A DNA stretch of 64,000 bases from Oculina patagonica. Taxonomy: Eukaryota. The translations under genes were made by a program, and so were the position numbers. Below are positions 47,501 through 59,500 of the stretch, one piece after another. Each line of letters begins with the position of its first letter. The first letter of the stretch is position 1. Under the pieces are notes generated by a model, which saw only the letters and a list, made by a program, of their open reading frames with translations, had not been told where the DNA came from and made no database searches. The DNA lies in the NCBI RefSeq assembly GCF_052425735.1, contig NC_135761.1, forward strand, positions 49,166,001-49,230,000, given 5' to 3'.

Positions 47501-50500
47501 ATCTTGTCCAAGTTCTTCTTGGTAAATATGTGACTTCTATCTATAAATCAGCTTTGTCAAACTGGAACTGAACTAGCATGTCTAATTATACAAATTCAAA
47601 AGTCTGGTAAAAGTTACTTCTTCAAAATTTGTCCAAGCTCTCGAATAGCACCCAGGACTAATTCCTGGGTGCGGTTGTCCGACTCCCTCAGGTAGTCAAA
47701 TAATTGCTTTTTTTCTTCATCTGCCTTCTTTAACGCCTCTGTTTGTGCCTTGATCAGTTCGGCGTAGAAATCATCCTCTTTTTGCTCTTCATCTTCTTTA
47801 GCTTTCTTCTCGCGTCTCCGTGATTTTGATTTGTTCTTTTTGTTGGCTTCCGGCTGCTTCCCTTTTTTACTTTTGAAAAATAACCTTTCAGACCTCTCTA
47901 ATGCCTCATCTGATAGGTCAGCCTCAGCTGGCAGACTTCGTTTTCCTTGTGGCTGCTGACAGGGGCCCTTTTCGGTGTTGCTTCTACGCCTGGTGTGTGC
48001 AGAGGATAGTGGAGAATTCTCATTTATTTCGGAACCTTCACTATCGTCTTGGCTGGCAGTAGGACCACTGTCCCCACTGGTAGAAGGACCACTATCCCCA
48101 CTACTTGCGCCAGCCGCAGAGGTGCTGGGACTGGGAGTGGACTGCAGTGTTCCTGCCTCTATAACGTACTTAGGGTTCACAGAATCCCTTGTACCCCAAA
48201 GTTGATCTAATTCGTCAAATTCTGGAAAGGATTTGATGTCGTCACTCCCCTCCCCAGTCATCTTACTTTTGTCCTTTACGGCTTTGTATTTCTTATTCAG
48301 GTTGTTTATTTTATCTCGGCAATTCTTCGCTGACTTGTCGCAAATGAAGTTGTTGAATTCTTTACTTTCAGCAACAAGTCTGGCCGCAATTTTGTCCCAC
48401 ATAGGCTCCAAGCTTCTTCCTTTTTCTCTATTCTTGAATTCTTCACCATAAATCGCTATAAGGAGCTTGACTTCTCCGTCCGTCCAGCGATTGCGTGACT
48501 GCTCGGACGCAGGCTTAGAAGTTTCTCTTGTTTGGCTGCTTGTTCGCCCTGTTGGAAGACTTTCTCTCGGAACCGGGCTCGAAACAAATTCAGCGTGCGA
48601 ATAATAGTTTTGGAATGCTGCTGGAGGGGCCACCGTATTCAGTGAAAATTGTGTTGCTGGTGCCAACTCCGATTCAAATAAGGGATAATTTTGCCTGCCG
48701 AATAGATACGGTCCATTTTGAACCACACGGTCGTTGGGAAAGCCACCAGGAGGTATAACAAAACCATGTGATGGTGGGATTCTGAAATTGTAAGTGAAAC
48801 GGTGGATTTAACATCGTAAACTAGCCCACAGGTAAATTGCGGCTCATCTATTTTAAGGACCGATCGAGCCATTGCATTTTAGTATCTCACATTGCTAGAA
48901 TTGAAGCCCCGTTTAAGAGGACATAAATCTACATTTCCCTTACCTTGAATTGAAGGAGAAGTTGTCAGACATGGCTCACTACGTTTTAAAAAGTCGAAGT
49001 TTGACGAAGGTCGCGTGCTTCGAGTTGAAGATTGCGTGCTTAGAGTTGCTTCAAAGTTGGCGCAATGTTCGCTAAATGAATGTCAAACGACAAGACAAGC
49101 TGTCGGCTAAAACAACAAAGTTCAGATAAACACGCGATAAACCATATCATTTCAGGGAGTCTTACTACAGTAAACTTTGCTTTCATCCTGCCGCCATTGC
49201 CAACGCGACATACTAAACGTACAGTATGGTAAACTAAAAAAAGCTGGTCACATTGCAAAACGCGTTTACTATAGTAAACTTGCCTTTACTATAGTAAAAA
49301 AAGGCTTAGTGTGACCTCAACCAATGTGCTGCATGTTAACTGCACAGAGGTTAACACAACTCTTCAAATCCAACCATCAAAGCAAAAAACCATCTGTGAG
49401 GGAGGTATGAATAATTTGGGAACAGATGGGACACATAGTATTACATACAGGTCCTTATCTCTGCGGTTTGTTTACTGATTTAATTATTTTGACCAATATT
49501 GTAGCTGCTTTCATTCTGTTTCACTCCCTGAATACTGTTTTTATTCGATTAAGCGCGCTGTGTGTTTATTGCATTTTTGGACATTAAGAGTAAGTGCTTA
49601 TTCGAAGTGTGTGCTTATTTGAAGCTTGGCACTTACTAAATTTTCACCATTTCAGCAAGTAGTAAGTTTTGCAAGAAAACATTGTTTTGCAACAAAACAT
49701 GAAACGTGTAAATCCGATAACTTCGCTTTTAAACATTCCGCATGTGTTGCTTACAAGTCCACCTAAACATTGTACACAGCAAGCATAATCTTTGCCAAGG
49801 AATGACAACAACAACAAAATGATTTTGTGTCTTTTTGGTTGACAGTTCTACAGACGATTCCTTTGTGTGGCGGGGAAATCAAGGTCCAGGAAGTATTGGC
49901 GATGAGCAAGATCTGTCAGACAACGAGAGTCAACTTAGTGGATCGGCTCTTGTTGACTCGTGCTTGTGAGTTGGAAAAGCAAAATTTTATGTCAATGTAT
50001 ACTGTCAATGGTCAGTTCCTGGTGTATGAGAGTAAGCTAGAATCTTACTCCCAGTCATGGAATTCATACCATGCTGTAACACAAATGCTAGGCTAGAAGA
50101 TGACAAATTTAAATTAATTAGCATTATTATATTAAGCATTTTACTGTACATGTGAGAATATTATTTTTATAATTGTTTATTTTTTTTCATATGTATGGAT
50201 GCGAGAGTTATAACACTGAATGCCAGTTGATAACCACTTTATCTTTTGATCACAAATTGGCCTTTCTTTATAAATGATTTGTTTTTTATTTGTTTTATTC
50301 ATGGGTGCGATGCAGTGGCTGGATAAGGCCACTTTAATTTATGCCTAAATGGTGTACAGCGTTAAAAATTGTTGTTAGCAGTCGCATAAAACTGCAGCAC
50401 TCAGTGTAAACTTGATTTTCTGCAAGATCCCAGTGGCAACCTCCGAAAATAACTAGAAAGCCATTTAATAAGAGATTTATTACCTGGGTGATATGTTACT

Positions 50501-53500
50501 TTGTCAAAAATTATGCCAATGATGGAATTTTATTTTACTGCACATGGTCCAGGGGACTGAGATAAGTACATATATCAATTATTATTAATAATTACAGATT
50601 GTAATGTGGGTATTTAAACTAGTTTCATGTACCACTGATTACGGTAACAGTTGTACAGTCATTTTAATTTATTGAGCTACGCATCTACAGTTACTGTTAG
50701 TAGTAGTATGTTCAAATTGGTGATAAGGGGAAAATTATTTAGTAATATATCCTCTGGTTCTAGAATTTATGCTGTTTTAAAAAGCTATTATAATAATATT
50801 ATGATACTATAGGCTGTTAAAAATATATCTGAAGAACTTTCCCAGGAGCCAGCTGGTTGTTAAAAATAATTTTAATATTGTTTTGTTTACAGTCATGTGG
50901 ACGTCTCAAAATCCTGTTTTAATCTGTTCTAGAACTTAAAATATACTGTATATTTCTGTGTAAACACGTCCTTAATAATAATACCGGTATGCTAAGTTTT
51001 GATAATATTTTGACCACCTGAGGTGTGGAAAAATGGACATGCTAATTTTTGTACAAAACCAAAAATGCAATCTGATACATGTGTATCTGTAATAAATTAA
51101 ATATTAGTTTTATTCAAATAAGGAAAAACAAAGCAACATACATGTACACTTATATGTAACAACTATGCTTACTCTGATTTTGGACTTGCAGGAAAGATTT
51201 TTGAAGGTAAATGTTACCCTGAGATTGTTTGATTTTAGTTTTAGAATTTATTTGTTTAAATTTTATTCAAAACTCCCTGGAGAGCATAAAACATTTAAAA
51301 TTTCTATCTAAAGAAATTACCTCAAACTGAGAATTTAAAAATCTGATCGTGTTTATATCAGAACTCTTGGAAGGAAATAATTTGAAAAGAGAATTGATTG
51401 AAAATAATGTGGTACTAAACATAGGTCTGAAACCAACTGTATCTCAGTCAGGGATGCAAGGTTTCTTCTGATCATGATTCATGAATGGAATTAAAATAAT
51501 TATGAGCAACAAAGCAACATACACTCATATGTAACAAATATGCTTACTGTGATTTTGGACACACAGGAAAGATTTTTGAAAGTAAATTTTACCCTGAGAT
51601 TATTTGATTTTAGTTTTAGATTTTATTTGTTTAAATTTTATTCAAAACTCCCTGGAGAGCATATAACATTTAAATTTCTATCTAAAGAAATTACCTCACA
51701 GTGAGAATTTAAAAACCTGTTCTTGTTCATATCAGAACTCTTGGAAGGAAATAATTTGAAAAGAGAACATAGATGTGAAACCAACTGTATCTCAGTCAGG
51801 GATGCAAGGTTTCATCTGATCACGATTCATGAATGAAATTAAAATAATTATGAGTTACTAGAGAGAAAAACAGTCTGTAGAATGTTTGATCACCTGTCTG
51901 AGTCCATTGAATGTCAACACAGCAGCGGCACAGTTTTTCAGGTAATATATCAAACACGAGAGACGGTGTTTTATCAGGATATCCAAACACCGAGTCTAAG
52001 AGAGTTGAAAATACGGCACACAGCAGAGTATTTTTGATGAAATTCAAGGTGTTTGGATAGCCGATGAAACACTGTCTCAAGTGTTTGATATATCTTCTCA
52101 ATCGAAACAAAAAACTGCGGAGTAAACAGAGAAATAAAATTGTAAGAATCTAAGTATGCAAATTAGACCTGGGTATCCAAACTTCCTTCACGGTTATGAT
52201 TTTCTTTGTTTTAAATTTTTTTATGAGTTTGAGCAGTTTGAATAATGTTCCTCACAATAATCAGTCTTGTGTTAGTGTGTGTTGATGCCATCTAAAATTT
52301 AGAAACGTTCCTTTGAGCTGTATTCGTTTGTAATTTCGTTTTATTTGCTAGCTGCTAACTTCCATGGCAGCATTTCTTTAGTAGTGGGTAACTGATTGTT
52401 TTAATTTCAAATGGAAGCTAAGCTTAACATAATAAAAAACTCGCTGACTGTGTACTAAGAAAAAAACCTGACAAGTACAAATAACATTGACTAATCATGT
52501 ATGGCACTGTAAGCGTAGAAATTATTTAAAAGAGAGTGATTACACATGGGCAAGTTGATGTCATACATGCATGTACATGTTCATGTATCTGAACTCACTA
52601 ATCTTTTTCTATTTTTGAAATATTGTACTTGTTAGAGCAATAAATATACAGTCATGTTCAATATGTTTTTGGAAATCCATGTAAAATGCTTTAAAGGTAG
52701 CTTAACAAGAAAAAAAGTGCACATGTACATAAAAATTATTGGATTTCAAGTTGTTAGTTTGGTAAAAATACATTTGTAAATGTATATACTTAGTTAGATA
52801 CAAAAATGTAAATAACCCTTAGTTTAAGGAAATGTTTGAATATTAAATATTGGAATTGTTTTAATTAACAATTATTCGCCGAAGGCGAAGTGATTATTCA
52901 ACAATAAACAATGAGCCTGAGGCGAATAATTGTTTTAGTATAATTTTCAGAGGTGAATATCAAAACCTTCTAAATGACAATAGAAAATTAAACACGAAAA
53001 CAACAAACACAAGCTGCCAAATGCTCGCTTGCATACATGTAAACCAGTTTAATTCATCGAATGAAATCGTAATTTACAACAAAGTTTTAGCAATAAAGCG
53101 GAACAAAACAAGCACTACGAAAAAGATAGATATCTGGTACCTTTGTTTGATCGATGGTGACTTCTGAGCAATTGTGTGAATCCTCTTGAAATTACTGGCT
53201 CCAGTGAGAAGTGAGCTAAATAATGTTTTGCCAGTCGATCTGACTGAGTGCATGGCCGCTGCGATCTCCAGAACCAACGTGTTTATGATCAATTCTAATG
53301 CCTTGAAAACCATCTCTTGAAAATATTTTCGGTCCAAAAGCCTTGGCAGTTAATTTGCAAAATTCCCCATGTTTTAAATATCCAGGAGTTGGAGTGATTT
53401 CTTTTAAATGAGAGAAATCTTCATTCAGTAAATGCCGCCATGTTCACTGGTCTTGATGGTAAACGTGGCATAGCTTAGAAGCCAAACCTTGAGATGCAAT

Positions 53501-56500
53501 ATTCACCGCCTAGCGCGGTGAATATCTCACCATAGTCCAAGCTTCTCGACCAATCAGAATTGAATTCACCTCTGGAAATTATACTAATAGCACATATTAT
53601 AGTAACTGAAATCACGGTACTACTTTCTGAGTAACATCTTAGGAGTACAAAAGAAATATTTAAGGTGGTATCCTGATTTCTCAAACCTCCAATTATAATC
53701 ATGAAAATTAGTTTAAAAATTAAGGAGCTCGAGAAATCTGGAGTAAAACTGCAGCAAATATACACCTGAGGGAAGGGTAATGACTTTTGGTTTGAGTTAT
53801 TGGGAGGTTAGAGAAATTGAGGGTTCAAGAAAATGGGATTTCACTGAACTTGTAGGTACACGAACATGTATAAATTCTATGATAATGTACATCTTATGCT
53901 TGGTAATTCAACTGTTTTTGCCTGAGGTGAAACCCTAACAGCTAGTGTGTGACAAAGAAATACATGTAAAATGATACCCTTGTTGTGTGACCAGGTAAAT
54001 TTATGAATCAAAACTATTGATGCATGTACTGTCAACATGTACAATGTACATTTTATGCAATATGCTGTACCGCACAGTCCAAACTTTTAAATCTGTGGAT
54101 GAAACCCTAGTTGTGTGATCGTGCATGAATGTAAATTGATGAATTAAAACTATTGATGTACTGTCTACATGTACATTTTATGCATTATGCTGTACAAGGC
54201 ACAGTCCTAACTTTAAATCTGTGGATGAAACCCTATTTGTGTGACCATGTAAATTAATTTTATGAATCAAAACTATTGATGTATTGCTACATGTACATTT
54301 TATGCATTATGCTGTACAAGGCAGTCCTAACTTTTAAATCTGTGGATGAAACCATAGTATGTGGCCATTTAAATGACAGCTATTGAGCAGTACTTTCATG
54401 TGGTTCTCTTTTATTGTTGTTTTTATTTTAAAACAAGCCCATTCTTGGGAGGAGTGAAAAGATTAATCACAGGGATTAAAGGATTAAGACTTCATGTAAA
54501 TAAAATAATTAATAATTTTGTGTACGAATTTCTAACAAGAGTATTTGTTAAAGTTCACTGCACATGTTTTCACTTTACATAGCTTGTAGCTTTGTCAGAT
54601 GTGTGCATGGCAATTAAAGCTAGTCATTAAGAGAAAAATAAACTAAAGGCGTAGTCATTTGTAGAAGTAGACTATCGTTAAGCTACAAAGTACATGTAAA
54701 CTTACAGTTGACCATTGAAGTGCAAACTTACAGTTTTTTACTGTGTTATTGTAATCAAGCCATTTCCAGGTTGCATGTAATTGTTTCTTGTTTGCAAAAC
54801 CGTACAAGTACAGAGCATGCTAGTGAAGATTTCCTTGTGAAAGAATTTCTTTATATAATAATCAAATTTCCTCAAGATGATCTGCTCTACTAAATGTACT
54901 TATAGAAATCGTTATTAACATTTTTTTGCATACTGTGCTTTTGTCAGTCTGGTTTCTTTATTGTCCAGAGAAGATGCTAATTAATCCACACGGTGGTCTT
55001 TGAATATTTAATATCCTTTGTGTGTTTTGTCATTCTTGTGGGAAGGAAATTATTCCTTGACAACTTGTAGACCATGGTTGATATTTTTGTGGCTTGTTTA
55101 ACAAGGCTATCGAGATGATGAACTGAAAAATAAGATATTATTTTAAGTAACTTCACAGTTAAAGTGATACGTAATCTGACATCTGCAGGCTTACAGATAG
55201 ACACGATAATTTTTGGCAAGTCCTGAGAGAGTATTATGCCCGGCTCTTTTTATTGCTTGAGTCTCCCATGAAAATAATGTATTGGAAGACTACTTTTCTA
55301 TGTTATCATGAGTTGATTGTTAGTGTTTTAATTTTATCATTTATGGCATTTCGAGGACAAGTTAAGTCATAAAATATTGTCAGTGTGTGTTAATATGACA
55401 TGTATGTGGTACAAAACCTTCTACTCTGTGAAAATGTCTGGATGAATGTCGAGCTTGGTTGTCAAACATTAGATGGCATTTTCTTTTTTAAGGTTTGTGT
55501 ACAAAAGATTTTATATTTGTGGGAAAAGAGGAACGTACTTGGGGAATGACTGTTTGTCTTGGTTCAAGTGGTTTTAAGCTCTAGTTAATTACGATATTCA
55601 ATGACATTTACTGTTACATTATTGGTATGTGGTACATGTACGTGCATGTGTACTGGGACTGTTAAACACGACCGAGTTCCAGGTTTTTCACATTCAAAAT
55701 CTTAGTTACACTTGAGAAGATTCTATTTCACAAATTTTATTTGAGGATCATCAATTAATTTTAAGCGCAAAGTGTGAACATATCTGCCATTCTGCGAGAT
55801 TTTTTATGGAATTTCTATTTTCTTTCATCATGAAGTGAACAATAAATTAAAAACATGTATTCTAGGGAGTGAGTTGTTCTAACCTTTGCATATTTTCATT
55901 CTTAGGAAAGTTCTTCAAGAAAGAGGCCTATCTGACTCAAGGTACGTACTGCGGCATTTTCCGCACTCTTTTCCACATCATAAATTTCCAATAGTAGGAA
56001 TTGTACTGAGTTTTAACCATGATTTTTCCTTAATTAACAGTCAGTATTTAAATTGAGCTTACTTGCTAATTAATCTTCAGAAAGATAAACTATAAATTCT
56101 TCTACTGACAGTAGAAATGATGAATGAAATGAATTATTTTTGTAGTCTGAGCATATAAATAATAAAGCAAAATGTTTGGTACCAGTAAAGGCATTGCTTC
56201 TACAGAATCTATTTCAGAGCTTGTAAATTAAACCTAAAAAAAGGTAAACAAAAGACAATTAAACACTCAAGAACAGTCTCCTTTTAAAAGGATTTGGACT
56301 TCAGTGACAGGTGCAAAAATTGCTTCAAAAAAATACACTGTTACTTACATTTCATCACTGCAGCTGGTATTCATTGACTTTCACAGGGGTAATGTTTACT
56401 GTTTTTTGTACTCCTGATCTTAAGTTTTTACCCATGAATGTGTACTGCGGGACTTTAGATTAATATTAGGAAAGCATGGATTTGTGTGGTGTTGAAATCA

Positions 56501-59500
56501 CATTTGGTGAGAAACAAATGAGAGACTTCAAAATATCAATAACATTTTCTCATAGGTGAGATTTTTAATTTAATCTAAGTGGCCATGTTTTCTTTGTATC
56601 AAACTGTGCACAGCCAGTTTTTGAATATATTTTTGTGGAAGCCTTGTTAAGATTAAGCACTTGTCATCTCAGTGGGCAACTGTTTCTTTGGAAATTCATC
56701 AGTTTTCATCCTGATTTTAAAATTTTAAAAGGTAACATACATGTTATCAACTGAAGACTTTCTTGGCAACATTTTAAAAACATGATATTATCGTAGTTCC
56801 AAAAGCTAACAATCAAGAATACTTTGTCTATAGATCTAACATATATTGTAGATGGAAAGACAGACTTGATTGAAACCAAAAAATGTAGACCACAATGTTA
56901 TTTAACAGATAATAAATTAAGAGGAATGGCGCGAGCTCACTGTTGTTGATCATTCAAAATTAACAAACATCATGCAAATGAGTTCAGTTATTTGATGTTT
57001 GTATTGCTATTGATTTATAGGAAAGTGTTGCATGTTGGTCATTGTAGCCTACATGTAAATGAAATTTATTTACATTTAATTTAATTGTATTTGACATGGC
57101 GACTAAAGTAAATGAGAATAATATTATGTGAACATGACATAAATTAGTGCGAGGGGTTGTCCAGCGATGTTATGTTTTATCTTCTCAATTTATGTGTAAT
57201 AGGCAATTTATTAGGTGGAAACATTTCGTTTGTTTTTATTAATACAACAGTCAGAGCAGTTTTGTAGCTGTGTTTTCTTTATTCTATTAATTATTATTAG
57301 ACAGTATTATTATTTAGATGATTTTCACAGTGCTTGTGCTCGTGTGAAAAATTTGTACATTAATTTTATTTTGTGCATTAACTAGAAACCTGGTCCTTAT
57401 CGTTGCACCTGGGGGGGGGGGGGGTGATTTGTCAGAATTCCTCTACCTTACACCTTACACGCAGGGAAATTTGTTGAGCTTTAAGTAGGCATTTGGACAA
57501 ATCTCCCTGGGATGGTCCCTGGGAATGGCCCCCCAGGGAAGCCATTGATTGATGCATAATATCTTGCTCATTTTTCAACCAACCTTCATTCTTTCCAAAT
57601 ATTTGTGCCCTTTAGTACCATGGGAACTCTGAAGCTCAAAAACCAATCTTACCTAATGATTGCATTTTTTATTCCCATCAATCAAATTTTGGTGAACAGC
57701 CAACAGACCTTGAAAAACAGAAACAAAAAACAAAGGATCAAAATCTTCCAATCACAATCAAGAAACATGACCTTTTGGACTGGTTGAAGAGAGCTCGTGT
57801 TTCCTGAGAGGTCTGCTTAGATGATTGACAGCAGCGAAAAATGATAAGCATTGATTGAACGGAGGCAATCTTGCCCCTAGAGGACCAATCCTTCTGCTCC
57901 GCACCAGGGATTGAGACCTATGGGCTACTCTGAAAGCCCGGCCCAAAAAGTCGCTGAATCTGAGTGGCTGTTGAAAACTTGTTCATTTCCCCACAATCTC
58001 TGGCGCACATGCACAATCAAACCGGAACCAGGATTTCCTGGTTCCGGTTTTGGTTTTGTCCAAAGCTGTTGAGTTTCCTGACCTCTGATCAAGGATAACG
58101 CAGGCTCTGGGAACTAGATTGGAACAAAGGTCAACAGAGCTCGCATGTTATTGAAAAGTGCAATAATATGTTTTGTTTTATATTTGCAGGGATGATCAGG
58201 ACCCTCTGTACAGCAGGACAATGGATCACGGAAACCCTGCAGCAGTATCAGGATCACATTCCAATGCAATTATGAATCAAGACTGGGAGAAGGATCTCAT
58301 GGAGGCTGGTCAGTACTAACCGATGGAAATTGTTGTTGATAGATTTAAGATCTGCACGGCCATTTCATTTCATGGAGATAGAAGCTGCTGAGTTAGTGAT
58401 ATAGTTGAAACCCCCCGGGGGGGGACTCCCCCAAATTGCCTGTATGGGTATGTGCCGCCCAACAGAGTCATGATTTTGGGCTCCCAATCTAGAATGGGGC
58501 TATCCATTTTAGAGAGAATTTCCAGAACGGGGTATGGTATTTCAACGTACCAAAATTTAAAGTTATTAGCCCCCCCCCCCCCCCCCCCTCAGAGTCAAAA
58601 CCTCCGCTCCACCCGATAGTTGACAATTTTAAGAGCTGACAGTTGCTGCATACTATTTCTGGTTCTGAGTATCATTATTTTGCTACAACCTGCTGGTTGT
58701 CAAAGCTACTTTTCATGCCTAATTTAGCTCCCGCCATAACTTTCCATAGTTTCTCTGAAACTTTTCATTTCATCACTGATCATTACTTATGATTACTGGA
58801 CACAGAACCACAACAGTTTTTCCCATGCAAATTTGAAATCCTAGGACATGCTTATGGTGTAAGAAGTAGATGAAAAGTAAATGACCAATGTTTTGTTGAT
58901 GTACTATTCAGTTCTCAAAACTAGTACTTTGTAAGAAAATAATGTATGACGTTCTGTAAGGGGTTTGATGTTTTGTGCTTGGGGCTTCTTTTTTCAGACC
59001 TCACTCCAGGGCAAACTGTTAAGAAAGTCGTCACTAGAACAGAGGTTCGCACATTAAGAACATTGGATGGGAAGGTTGTGGAAGATAGCTTTGATCCTGG
59101 CAGCACTCAAACTACGGTAGAAAGATACACATTCGACAATCGAGCCGTCAATGGAAGCACACCTACAGTGCTAACAAAGCAGTATGTTCCAGGCGACGAG
59201 TACCGGTCTGCAAGGCGTGGCCCTGGGTCGCAGTCTTCAGTTGAGGATTATCGGAGACCTTACAGTCCAGGCAGCCAAGGTGGTTATGGTTCAGGGGATG
59301 GCAGACGGACACCCACTGCAAATAATCCAAATGGGCACATGTCAGATGGTTACCAGACACCCACAGGTAACAGGCATGGCTCCTATAATGTCTGAAGCCT
59401 GGTTTCCACTCGTGAGCTAAGCACAAGTGTAAGCTCAAGCCTAACCACAGTGATGTTTACACTTGTGATAAGTACAAGCACAAGATGACATACTCAAGCC

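Larger units (their letters stand above)
45431..49322. mobile_element. Autonomous PIF/Harbinger DNA transposon (3892 bp) in a catenin intron
   Basis: Perfect 15-bp TIRs (GGTTGAGGTCACACT at 45431 and its reverse complement ending at 49322); 3-bp TSD AAT at 45428-30 and 49323-25; two convergent ORFs; subterminal TTTACTATAGTAAA-like palindromes at both ends. Confidence 0.95.

Noticed and set aside
48639-48872. 77-aa minus-strand ORF as the start of Harbinger ORF2
   Set aside because: Different frame from the Myb domain; the spliced model 48972-48944 / 48781-47614 fits with canonical sites.
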